The translations under genes and the position numbers were made by a program. 64,000 bases of DNA from a virus: positions 32,001-96,000 of the IMG/VR virus record IMGVR_UViG_3300043411_002995. One strand, written 5' to 3'. The notes below the pieces were generated by a model that did no database searches, was not told the DNA's origin, and saw only the letters and a list, made by a program, of their open reading frames with translations. Shown one piece after another: positions 9,401 through 17,532 of this stretch (position 1 is its first letter; every line of letters starts with the position of its first letter).

Positions 9401-10831
9401 ATGGCCCAATCCACTGCGCTCGCGACCATCCCGATCCCCAAGCCGGCCGACCCGGCGGCTGTTGAGATGCCGCGCCCCCAGGCCTGGCTGTCCGTGGAGG
9501 CAACGATCCCGCACCGCGCCGTCGAGGTCGTCACCCCCGAAGAGCTGCGGCACGAAGAGCAGGTCCGCAGCAAGGTCGAGTTGCCCGACGAGTTCTTCAA
9601 GCGCGCGCCGATCATCGAGCCGCCGCTGGCACCGGGCATCACCGTGGACCTCGAGACCCTGCTCGGGTTCCTCGCGGCGATCGAGACGATCCTGCCGCCC
9701 GACACGAGCTACCCCATCCTGTCGAGCGCCAAGGTGTGGACCTCCGCCGGGCCCGACGACGAGCCCGAGCTCTACCTCGAGGCCGGCAGCCACGCGGTGT
9801 GGACGATGGTGGCGATCAGCGCCACCGCGCCGGCGCCGCGCGGGTTCAGCGCCATGATGCCGGTGCGGCGGGCGAAGAACGTCCTGCGCGCGCTGCGCGA
9901 CGACTACCCCAAGGTGACGGTCGGGGTGGACGAGCACGGCGTCTGCCTGGGGCCCAGGTCCGTGCCCTTCGGCGGCGCCCAGGAGGACTTCCCGTCGCGC
10001 CCCGTGGTGAACGAGTGGACCGCGCGCGCAGCCATGCCCGCCGCGTACTTCCGAGAGATCTGCGACCGGGTGCTGCTGGCCCGGGTCGACGACTTCTGCG
10101 AGCCGGCGCTGCAGGGCGTGCTGCTGGACTTCGAGCTCGTGGCCTCGGACGGCAAGGAGCGGGTGCTCTGCACCGCGGTCGCCACCGACGGCAAGCGCAT
10201 CCACGTGATGCGGCTGCCGCAGATGATGATCGAGATGCGGACCACCCGGCTCCGCGCCGTGCCCCCGACCTGCACCGTCTCGGCCGGGTTCTTCTGGTAC
10301 ATGCGGGAGGTGATCCAGCACGAGTGGGCCGCCATCGAGTTCAGCGAGGACCAGCTCGCCGCGCGCGGCCAGGACTTCATGGTGATCGCGCGCGCGCCGG
10401 CGGATGCCAGGACGTCGATGGGCGAGCTCGGCAACTGGCGGCGCTTCAACATCGAGGGTGAGGGGTACTGGCTGGTGGCGAGAGCGCCGCTCGAGCAGCT
10501 GGTCGCCCGCGCCACGATCGGGGGGACCTCGAGCCTCTGCCGGATCGCCATCGATGGCGTGCGGCAGACCCTGACCATCTCGTCGACCAACGACCAGGAG
10601 GCCCAGTACAGCGAGACGATCTCTGCACGCAGCGTGGGGGGCGCACCGAAGGTGAACGCCCTCTTCGACCAACGCTTCCTGCGCGACGCCATCACGGCGT
10701 CGTCCGGCGGGCTTGTGCGCTTGACGTTCGCGTCGACGCTCAAGGCCCAGCAGTCCTACCCGGTGGTGATCCGGGGCGAGGACGAGCAGTTCAAGGCCAT
10801 CATCATGCCCGTGACCGAAGGAGAGCCATGA
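9401..10831 (+). CDS. dnaN: DNA polymerase III beta sliding clamp-like protein (divergent, N-terminally extended)
   Basis: YPILS, EDFP, PALQGVLLDF, AVATDGKRI, FDQRFLRDAI, IIMPV; AGGAGG RBS before ATG 9401. Confidence 0.78.
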   Translation: MAQSTALATIPIPKPADPAAVEMPRPQAWLSVEATIPHRAVEVVTPEELRHEEQVRSKVELPDEFFKRAPIIEPPLAPGITVDLETLLGFLAAIETILPPDTSYPILSSAKVWTSAGPDDEPELYLEAGSHAVWTMVAISATAPAPRGFSAMMPVRRAKNVLRALRDDYPKVTVGVDEHGVCLGPRSVPFGGAQEDFPSRPVVNEWTARAAMPAAYFREICDRVLLARVDDFCEPALQGVLLDFELVASDGKERVLCTAVATDGKRIHVMRLPQMMIEMRTTRLRAVPPTCTVSAGFFWYMREVIQHEWAAIEFSEDQLAARGQDFMVIARAPADARTSMGELGNWRRFNIEGEGYWLVARAPLEQLVARATIGGTSSLCRIAIDGVRQTLTISSTNDQEAQYSETISARSVGGAPKVNALFDQRFLRDAITASSGGLVRLTFASTLKAQQSYPVVIRGEDEQFKAIIMPVTEGEP

Positions 10832-11313
10832 CCACCGATGCCACGTGTCCCGTCTGCGACAGCCCGACGAACCGGGTCGACGTCCCCCGCCAACACCTGC
10901 GGGTCTGCAGCCTGACCAGCTGCGCCCAGATCATCCAGGTCCTGCCCGATGGGTCGCGCTCGCCCATCTCGAACATGCTCGAGATGAACGCGATCGGCGA
11001 CGACCGGGTCCGCTCGGCGATCACCACCCCCCACATCACGACCGTCCGCAGCTTCCTCGAGGTGTACGAGCAGGCCGAGCGCGCCCGGGCCCTGGCCGTG
11101 GCCCAGGCGGTCGGCGGGCTGCGCGTCGTGCTGGCCCAGCTCGAGAGCCGGATCGACTCGGCGCTCTCCGCCTTCACCGGCTACGACCTGGTCGATGACC
11201 GCGCCGGCGCCGGCCTGGCTGCGCTGCGCGAGGCCCGCGAGTTCGTGTCGGTCCTGTCGAGCCGGTCGCGGGGGCTGCCGCAGGACGAGGGCGGCGGTGC
11301 TGCGTCGGCTTGA
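10828..11313 (+). CDS. Zn-finger hypothetical protein
   Basis: AAGGAG RBS, ATGA overlap; CPVC...CSLTSC. Confidence 0.7.
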   Translation: MTTDATCPVCDSPTNRVDVPRQHLRVCSLTSCAQIIQVLPDGSRSPISNMLEMNAIGDDRVRSAITTPHITTVRSFLEVYEQAERARALAVAQAVGGLRVVLAQLESRIDSALSAFTGYDLVDDRAGAGLAALREAREFVSVLSSRSRGLPQDEGGGAASA

Positions 11314-11947
11314 TCTGGGCCACCCGAGCGACTGCCGGCACTGCGGGCGGATGCGCGCGCTCACCCGCCAGCGTCTGGCGCTGGACAACCCGCGGACGGC
11401 CGCCGTGCAGACGTGGTGCCGGAAGTGCGGGGCGCCCGTGCTCTTGGAGGTGACGCTCGACTACGAGTTCGCCAAGCGGAACTTCTACGCGCTCGACGAT
11501 CAGCCCATGGCCCACAAGCACCTCCATGGGGAGCCGGGCGGATGGGGGGTGCACTGGCGGCTCGACGAGGTGCTGGTGACGCTGTTCCCGCTCGAGCACC
11601 TCGAGGTGTGCTGGCCGAAGCCGATCTGGTACGAGGACCACGAAGCCGAAGACCAGGCCGTCAACGTGGTCGACCCGCGCGACCTCGAGTCGATGGCGCG
11701 GCTCGTCGACGTTGAACTCAAGATGCTGCGGGAGCTGATGGATCGTCATCCGCGGACGCGCGAGGAGCTGCTGGCGATCGCGCAGCCGGTCTACGACCAA
11801 GATCAGCTCCGCGAGCGCTTCGAGATCCTCGGCTTCCGCGCGCCCTTCGTGGTGGTGCGCGAGCGCGGCAGCGGCCGCCAGGGCTCGATGATCTTCCAGA
11901 ACCACCCGCGCTTCTACTTCTCCTTCCAGACGGATCGGGTGATATGA
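11297..11947 (+). CDS. Hypothetical protein with two CxxC motifs
   Basis: GTG 11297; CRHC, CRKC; aromatic C-terminal domain FEILGFRAPFVVV...PRFYF. Confidence 0.65.
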   Translation: MLRRLDLGHPSDCRHCGRMRALTRQRLALDNPRTAAVQTWCRKCGAPVLLEVTLDYEFAKRNFYALDDQPMAHKHLHGEPGGWGVHWRLDEVLVTLFPLEHLEVCWPKPIWYEDHEAEDQAVNVVDPRDLESMARLVDVELKMLRELMDRHPRTREELLAIAQPVYDQDQLRERFEILGFRAPFVVVRERGSGRQGSMIFQNHPRFYFSFQTDRVI

Positions 11948-12141
11948 CCAAGTGCGTGCTGTGCCCCGAGGAGATCCGTCCCGGGACCAAGGCCGTGTCC
12001 ATCGCAGGAGGCATGTTCCCCAGAGAAGAACCCGATCTGTTCATGATCGACGAAGAGGTGTTGCGCGAGTCGCATGCCCACCTCGATTGCCTGCTGCGTG
12101 TGGTGAAGGCCGCCCAGCAACGAGAAAGAGACACCGGATGA
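11944..12141 (+). CDS. Small Cys/His protein
   Basis: ATGA overlaps at both ends; CVLC...HLDC. Confidence 0.6.
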   Translation: MTKCVLCPEEIRPGTKAVSIAGGMFPREEPDLFMIDEEVLRESHAHLDCLLRVVKAAQQRERDTG

Positions 12142-12695
12142 TCCCGTTCCTGATCTTCTCCCGCCTGACGTTGTTCCTGACGGCGTTCCAGCTGAGCGCG
12201 TCCATCGCGCCGCTGAAGGACGCGAAGCACCTCTCCCAGGAGGAGCGCTTCGAGTACTCGGTCTACATCGTCGAGGCCGCGCAGCAGCACAAGCTGGACC
12301 CGTACCTGGTCGCCGCCGTCATCTGGCACGAGTCCAGGTTCCAGAAGGACGTGAAGAGCCGCACGCAGGACTACGGGCTCCTGCAGGTCCACTGGCAGAA
12401 GCTCCACCCGCAGCTCGGGGAGGACTGGCTCGTCGGGCTCACGCGCGAGTCGCTGCTGGACCCGCGGACGAACATCTTCGCGGGCACGCGGGAGCTCGCG
12501 CACAACCGGCACCTCTGCCGGCGCCGGCGCCACGACCCGGGGGATCACCCTTGGTGGGCCCACCACAAGTGGGGTAACGTCGTGGGGAACCCCGCGTACG
12601 GACTGGCGATCCAGAAGCGTCACGCGACGCTGATCCGCAACCGGGGGAGGATCTCGAAACCACATCGCAGTCGGGGACCCAAGCCCACGTCGTGA
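12138..12695 (+). CDS. Lytic transglycosylase (SLT family) with N-terminal hydrophobic segment
   Basis: LVAAVIWHESRF (catalytic Glu), DYGLLQV, LLDPRTNI. Confidence 0.82.
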   Translation: MIPFLIFSRLTLFLTAFQLSASIAPLKDAKHLSQEERFEYSVYIVEAAQQHKLDPYLVAAVIWHESRFQKDVKSRTQDYGLLQVHWQKLHPQLGEDWLVGLTRESLLDPRTNIFAGTRELAHNRHLCRRRRHDPGDHPWWAHHKWGNVVGNPAYGLAIQKRHATLIRNRGRISKPHRSRGPKPTS

Positions 12696-13150
12696 AGATC
12701 AAACGGAAGCCTAACGTCGAGGAGGTCGAGCGGATCAAGGGGCGCCCCAGTCGCCTCTTGACCGCTCGGTGCCCCGACCTGCGCTCCGTTTTCCCATCGA
12801 CGCCGTGCAAGAACCTCGTCTGCGAGTACGCCGTCCACAACTCGATCTACCTGAACTGCAGCTTCGTCGCCGCGACGGCCGAGGTCGACACCGGGCTCGC
12901 TCTCGCAGACATCGGCGCGATGATGGATCCGCCGATGACCCGCGAGGGCGTCCGGCTCATCGAGCGCGCCGCGTTGAAGAAGCTGAAGGCCGCAGGGCTC
13001 GATGGGCCGGCAGGACAAGCTGATGACCCCGCCCTACGTCAACCGCGTCCACCTGCAAGGGGTGGTGTCGTCTCACCCGATCCTGAAGGCGCTGACCGCC
13101 ACCACGAACTTCACGACGTTCGAGGTGTCGCTGGTCGAAAGCTGGGCTAA
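12692..13150 (+). CDS. Sigma-70 region-4-like HTH protein with Cys-rich N-terminus
   Basis: LADIGAMMDPPMTREGVRLIERAALKKL resembles sigma r4 (LEEVG...TRERIRQIEAKALRKL). Confidence 0.65.
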   Translation: MKIKRKPNVEEVERIKGRPSRLLTARCPDLRSVFPSTPCKNLVCEYAVHNSIYLNCSFVAATAEVDTGLALADIGAMMDPPMTREGVRLIERAALKKLKAAGLDGPAGQADDPALRQPRPPARGGVVSPDPEGADRHHELHDVRGVAGRKLG

Positions 13151-13367
13151 CGCCGACGGCGCTCACCGCGCGCGGAAGAACCGCGTGGTGGTGGAGGTCG
13201 TCGGGCGGGACTCGGCGATGGCGCTCGCGCGTGCGCGGGTCGGAGCGTGGGTGACGATCGAGGGCTACATCCGGTCCGAGATCTTCAAGGGCGAGACGCT
13301 CATGAAGGTCAGGACGTTGACGATCGACGTCTGGGAGGAGCCTGTTGGACACCGACCATCAAGCTGA
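13023..13367 (+). CDS. Divergent single-stranded DNA-binding (OB-fold) protein without acidic tail
   Basis: VNRVHLQGVV...P, GAWVTIEGYIRS. Confidence 0.7.
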   Translation: MTPPYVNRVHLQGVVSSHPILKALTATTNFTTFEVSLVESWANADGAHRARKNRVVVEVVGRDSAMALARARVGAWVTIEGYIRSEIFKGETLMKVRTLTIDVWEEPVGHRPSS

Positions 13368-13947
13368 GACCCTGGTGACGCGCACCATGAGCGCGATCCG
13401 GGAAACGATCCTCGAGTCCCTGCCGGGCGTCGAGGCCTACCTCTCGCGGGAGATGAAAGCTGGCGCCTGGGTCGCCGAGCAGGAGGCGAAGATGGCGTCG
13501 GCCCTGCGGGACAACGACCGCATCTTGACCGAGCGCGCGTTCAACACCTGGCGGAAGGCCATCGAGCGGGTCAACGAGATCTTGGCCGAGGAGTACCGCC
13601 AGGCCCATCCCGACGCGACGCTGTGGGAACTGCGGTACCTCAAGTGGATGACCAAGGTGCAGTACGTGCGCTTCGAGTCACCGCTCGGGGAGTTCTTCGT
13701 CTTGCCGCGGATGCCCCTGAAGCGGCCGAAGGCCGCGCACTGGTACACCGTCGACGAGATGATCGACATGCTGCACCCCAGCGTGTCCGCGACCATCCTC
13801 GCCTTCAGCGCCTTGCCTGTACGACCGGGGGCGGTCCCCAAGGTCGGGCCCGGTGAGAAGGTCCTGCACATCGACGCCACCGGTCCTCAGGTGGAGATGC
13901 ACTACGAGATACAAGGAGTCACGAATGGCCGAGAAAGAGTTCGTTGA
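13345..13947 (+). CDS. Hypothetical protein
   Basis: GGAGGAG RBS before TTG; coding-like composition. Confidence 0.7.
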   Translation: MDTDHQAETLVTRTMSAIRETILESLPGVEAYLSREMKAGAWVAEQEAKMASALRDNDRILTERAFNTWRKAIERVNEILAEEYRQAHPDATLWELRYLKWMTKVQYVRFESPLGEFFVLPRMPLKRPKAAHWYTVDEMIDMLHPSVSATILAFSALPVRPGAVPKVGPGEKVLHIDATGPQVEMHYEIQGVTNGRERVR

Positions 13948-14377
13948 CGGGCTCCTGAACTCGATCAAGAAGATGTGGCCCGAGTCGGTCGCGTTGCGCG
14001 CCGTCGACAAGTTCACCCTCGGGGTCCCCGACGTGCTCGCGTGGATCCCGATGCAGCAGGAGTACCCCTGGGCGGTCGCGATCGAGGCGAAGTCGCTCGA
14101 CCCGTGGATGCCTGATCCTCACCACCGCGGCCGCCGCACGGGGCTGATGCTGAAGCATCCGTTCACGGGGCCCCAGATCTCCAAGCTCCGTGAGCTCAAG
14201 CGCGCCGGCGTCGACGCATTCGGGCTGGTCCGCGTCAACGCCGACACCGCCTTCCGCATCGAGCCGGCCGACATCCCGACGACCAACGGCAACTTCACCC
14301 ACGAGGAGCTGGTCGAGCGATCGACTGTCGTACCCCGACGGCACGATGGCGTCTGGCAATTCTGGAGAAGCTGGTGA
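13925..14377 (+). CDS. PD-(D/E)XK endonuclease, Holliday-junction-resolvase/VRR-NUC-like
   Basis: AAGGAG RBS; EKEF, GVPDVL, AIEAK, Q..KL. Confidence 0.7.
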   Translation: MAEKEFVDGLLNSIKKMWPESVALRAVDKFTLGVPDVLAWIPMQQEYPWAVAIEAKSLDPWMPDPHHRGRRTGLMLKHPFTGPQISKLRELKRAGVDAFGLVRVNADTAFRIEPADIPTTNGNFTHEELVERSTVVPRRHDGVWQFWRSW

Positions 14378-15240
14378 GTTCCTATCTGGTGCACGACATC
14401 GAGACGATCCCCGAGACCGAACTGCGGAACGAGTGGGAGGCGGACAAGGCCAAGCAGCAGGCGAAGGGTGTGGCGGATCCGTTCCCCGGCATCCCGTACC
14501 ACAGGGTCATCTGCATCGGCATGCTGACCCTCGATGCGAACCTGCACCCGGTCCGCTCGGGGTGTGCCGAGGGCGGCGTGCGTGGCGGCAAGAGCGAGCA
14601 GGAGATGATCGAGAAGTGGGCACAGGTCGCCGCCGGCGGCGCCACCGATCCGCTCCGCCTGGTCGACTGGCACGGCCGCGGCTTCGACGTGCCCGTGATG
14701 CAGACGCGGGCGTTCCGCTACGGCATCCAGCTGCCCTGGTACTTCGGCAAGCTGCCGGACAACCGCGGCCAGATCTCGAGCTTCTCGAAGGACTACCGCG
14801 ATCGCTACGGCGGGTGGCACGAGGACCTGGCGGAGTTCTGGACGAACCGAGGCGCCTTCCCGCGCCCTCACCTGGCGAGCCTCGCCAAGCTGATGGGGCT
14901 GCCCGGCAAGCTCGACGTCGACGGCAGCAACGTCTACGACCTGTGGAAGGAGTACGCGCACGCGAAGGACACGGCCCGGACTGCGGACGGGACGCTCGAG
15001 CAGCACGAGGCGTGGATCGCGTCGGCCGCGGCGATGGGCCAGAAGATCGACACGTACTGCATGCAGGACGTCTTCCAGACCGGGTTCATCCTGCAGCGCT
15101 GTCGGTACATGGTCGGCGAGCTCAGCCTCGAGGCGTACCGTGCGGCGGCGATGGCGCTGCTCGAGCACGTCAAGCGGCAGCCTGAGCAGGAGGACTTCGT
15201 CAAGGGGGTGGACCTTCCCAGGCTCCTGCTGGAGTCGTAG
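14374..15240 (+). CDS. 3'-5' exonuclease (PolB-exonuclease-related, DEDD)
   Basis: HDIETIP (ExoI), WHGRGFDVPV (ExoII), YCMQDV (ExoIII). Confidence 0.85.
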   Translation: MSSYLVHDIETIPETELRNEWEADKAKQQAKGVADPFPGIPYHRVICIGMLTLDANLHPVRSGCAEGGVRGGKSEQEMIEKWAQVAAGGATDPLRLVDWHGRGFDVPVMQTRAFRYGIQLPWYFGKLPDNRGQISSFSKDYRDRYGGWHEDLAEFWTNRGAFPRPHLASLAKLMGLPGKLDVDGSNVYDLWKEYAHAKDTARTADGTLEQHEAWIASAAAMGQKIDTYCMQDVFQTGFILQRCRYMVGELSLEAYRAAAMALLEHVKRQPEQEDFVKGVDLPRLLLES

Positions 15241-15249
15241 TATCAGGCG

Positions 15250-15603
15250 ATGCCCACCCTGACGATCCAAGGCACGATCTCCTTCCCGCTCGGCGCGGAG
15301 GCCACGCCGCCGTCGCGGGCGTTCAAGTTCGAGCTCGTCTACACGGAGAAGGCCGACCACGACTTCGTGTTCACCGGGCCCGAGGTGGGGGTGGATCTGA
15401 TGGGGCACATCGCCGACGCCAAGGCGGTCTACATCGAGGTCCTCTCGGGGGAGATCACCCTCAACATCAACGGCGCCGAGGAGGATCTGCCGATGACCGG
15501 AGATGGTGGGCAGTGGATCTACGGCAACCCGAACGGTGGGTTGACCGCGCTGACGGCGACGTCGACCGACGACGCCCGCCTGCGCGCCTACATCTTCGCC
15601 TGA
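15250..15603 (+). CDS. Hypothetical beta-rich protein
   Basis: Clean ORF followed by a terminator. Confidence 0.7.
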   Translation: MPTLTIQGTISFPLGAEATPPSRAFKFELVYTEKADHDFVFTGPEVGVDLMGHIADAKAVYIEVLSGEITLNINGAEEDLPMTGDGGQWIYGNPNGGLTALTATSTDDARLRAYIFA

Positions 15604-15608
15604 CGGCG

Positions 15609-15637
15609 ATGCCGGCACCGGCCGGCATTTTTTAGCT
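15609..15637 (+). terminator. Intrinsic terminator
   Basis: ATGCCGGC-ACCG-GCCGGCAT stem then TTTTTAGCT. Confidence 0.8.
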
Positions 15638-15640
15638 GTC

Positions 15641-15669
15641 TTGACGGAAAGATGCGTGATCGGTACGGT
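15641..15669 (+). promoter_or_regulatory. Sigma70-type promoter (probably leaderless transcript)
   Basis: TTGACG-N17-TACGGT, ATG 5 nt downstream. Confidence 0.7.
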
Positions 15670-15674
15670 TGGGC

Positions 15675-16169
15675 ATGAACCGACTGTTCGACGCCAACGC
15701 CAAGGCGCAGAAGGATGCGGGCGCGCGGCGCTCGCGCGAAGAGGTGCGCCAGCGGGCGGAGGCTGTCGACAAGGCGCTCGCCGAGGCCGGCCTCCTCGAC
15801 GATGCCGACAAGCGCCTCCAGGCGAAGCTCTCGCAGTCCGTGCAGCCGATCGTCTACGCGTCGTTCCGCGTGCCCGGCTCGAAGTGGCGGCTCGAGCACG
15901 CGCGCGCCGGCGACGACTACGTCATCCAGCTGTTCCCGCTGAAGCCGCCGCGGCTGGTCTGGCAGGATGTGGTCCTCGCGATCATCGCGACGATGGACAC
16001 GATCTTCCCGCGCAACATCAAGATCACCTACCGCCCACCGCGCGAGGACTACCAGATCAAGTACTACACCATCACGGTGGAGAAGGTGGTCGGGCAACCC
16101 GGATGGGAACGAGCCTGCAAGGAGCGGGCACTACGTGGCCTCGCCGCGATCGACGTCTGGTCGGAGTAG
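15675..16169 (+). CDS. Hypothetical protein
   Basis: ATG 15675 directly after the promoter. Confidence 0.7.
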   Translation: MNRLFDANAKAQKDAGARRSREEVRQRAEAVDKALAEAGLLDDADKRLQAKLSQSVQPIVYASFRVPGSKWRLEHARAGDDYVIQLFPLKPPRLVWQDVVLAIIATMDTIFPRNIKITYRPPREDYQIKYYTITVEKVVGQPGWERACKERALRGLAAIDVWSE

Positions 16170-16412
16170 CCGACCTCGAGGATGGGGGGTCGAGGTCAAG
16201 TCGGGCCGCCGAGCTCGGTGGACCGCGCTGGTGCGCCCCGGGACCGAGACGGTCATGTCCACGTCCTTGGCCTGCGCGCGGGCCTGGGCGGCGGACTACG
16301 CGGCCCGCGGCTGCCTGGTGCGGCTGGTGGAGCTGCAGCAGCCCCGTGGTCATCCCTGCCGCCCGCCGGCGACCGCTGACGCAGCGCCGCTGCCGGGCCA
16401 GCTGGTGCTGTT

Positions 16413-16712
16413 CTAGGGCCGACGGCGGTTGGCCATCCGCCCCAGGGCCTTGAGGAGCACGGCGGCCAGGGCGCCGCCGGCCGCCCCCTTGCCCAGGGCC
16501 CCCAGCGCCGTCCCCTCCGGTCCGTCGTAGGGGTTGCCGGTGGCGAGGGCCTTGGCCTTGGAGGCGCCGTGGAGCACGCCCGAACTCAGGGCGCCGGTCG
16601 CCACCAGGCGCTCGACCAGGCGGTCTGGGCGCGGCGCCAGGAAGCCGGCGGTCTTCCGCAGCGGGCTGACCGCGGTCCGAACGAGCTCGTCGCTGAAGGC
16701 CTGGAGCTTCAT
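16413..16712 (-). CDS. Small virion-associated protein of the FxDELxK family
   Basis: MKLQAFSDELVRTA...RKTAG; start overlaps the tail tube stop. Confidence 0.7.
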   Translation of the reverse strand: MKLQAFSDELVRTAVSPLRKTAGFLAPRPDRLVERLVATGALSSGVLHGASKAKALATGNPYDGPEGTALGALGKGAAGGALAAVLLKALGRMANRRRP

Positions 16713-17503
16713 CACTGGTTCGCGTAGAGCGGCTGGCCGGCGCCGGCGAGCCGCATGCGGATGGGGCGGATCTGGTCGAACTGCAGCGACACGCCCTCCA
16801 TCAGCAGGACCGAGCCCGAGGAGATCGAGAGCTGGTGGCCCTGGATGTAGCACTCCTCGAGGTAGACGGCGCCCACCGTCATGTCGAGCTGGTTGCGGAA
16901 GTAGATCGCCAGCCCGGTCGGCTGGTTGAAGATGTCCGACGCCAGGTTGAGCCACAGGTCGTCGTAGCCCGGGTTGTACTTCACCCGGTGCAGCTGGGAC
17001 TGCAGGAGGGGCAGGTCCAGCATCGAGGCGTTGGGGTCGGGCACCTCGACGCCGCCGACGTTGATCGTCGCGCCCTTGGGCTTGTGGTTGAACTGGAACG
17101 GCGCGTCCGCCGCCGACTGCTTGTAGTGAGCGTAGAGCGCCTTCATCAGCGACGGCCCGTGGTAGAGCACGCGGCCGAGGGTGACCGAGCCGACGGTCCG
17201 GCCCGGGATGAAGTAGCTGCGGTTCGAGCCGATCTCGAAGATGCGCTGCAGCTGCTTCGACTGCGAGAGGCCGACGTTCTCGAGGACGCCGATCGGGAAG
17301 ACCATGTCCCCTTCGTCGGTGGTGTCGAGATCGCCCTCGGCGCCGGGCGGGCCGCCGGTGATGTCCGTGAGGCGCGGCGGCCCGGCGGCGATGAGCGTCG
17401 TCTCGGCGGAGACGAACTCGCCGCCGAGCAGCTCGGCCTGGACGTGGTGGTTGTGGAAGTCCCAGTTGTTGAAGGACGTGGTGGCTGCGGGGCGAAGGGG
17501 CAT
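16712..17503 (-). CDS. Tail tube protein (probable)
   Basis: Directly downstream of the sheath; QRIFEIGS, YLEEC, EGVSLQFD beta-strand pattern. Confidence 0.72.
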   Translation of the reverse strand: MPLRPAATTSFNNWDFHNHHVQAELLGGEFVSAETTLIAAGPPRLTDITGGPPGAEGDLDTTDEGDMVFPIGVLENVGLSQSKQLQRIFEIGSNRSYFIPGRTVGSVTLGRVLYHGPSLMKALYAHYKQSAADAPFQFNHKPKGATINVGGVEVPDPNASMLDLPLLQSQLHRVKYNPGYDDLWLNLASDIFNQPTGLAIYFRNQLDMTVGAVYLEECYIQGHQLSISSGSVLLMEGVSLQFDQIRPIRMRLAGAGQPLYANQ

Positions 17504-17532
17504 CGGCGGGTCTCCTTACCGGAACCGGTCCA

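Noticed and set aside
7229-10672. Very long antisense ORFs (also 17866..21093, 40378..43419) and the same-strand alternative frame 48202..51759
   Set aside because: Shadow frames of real genes in high-GC DNA; Arg/Gly/Ala-rich, with no recognisable motifs.
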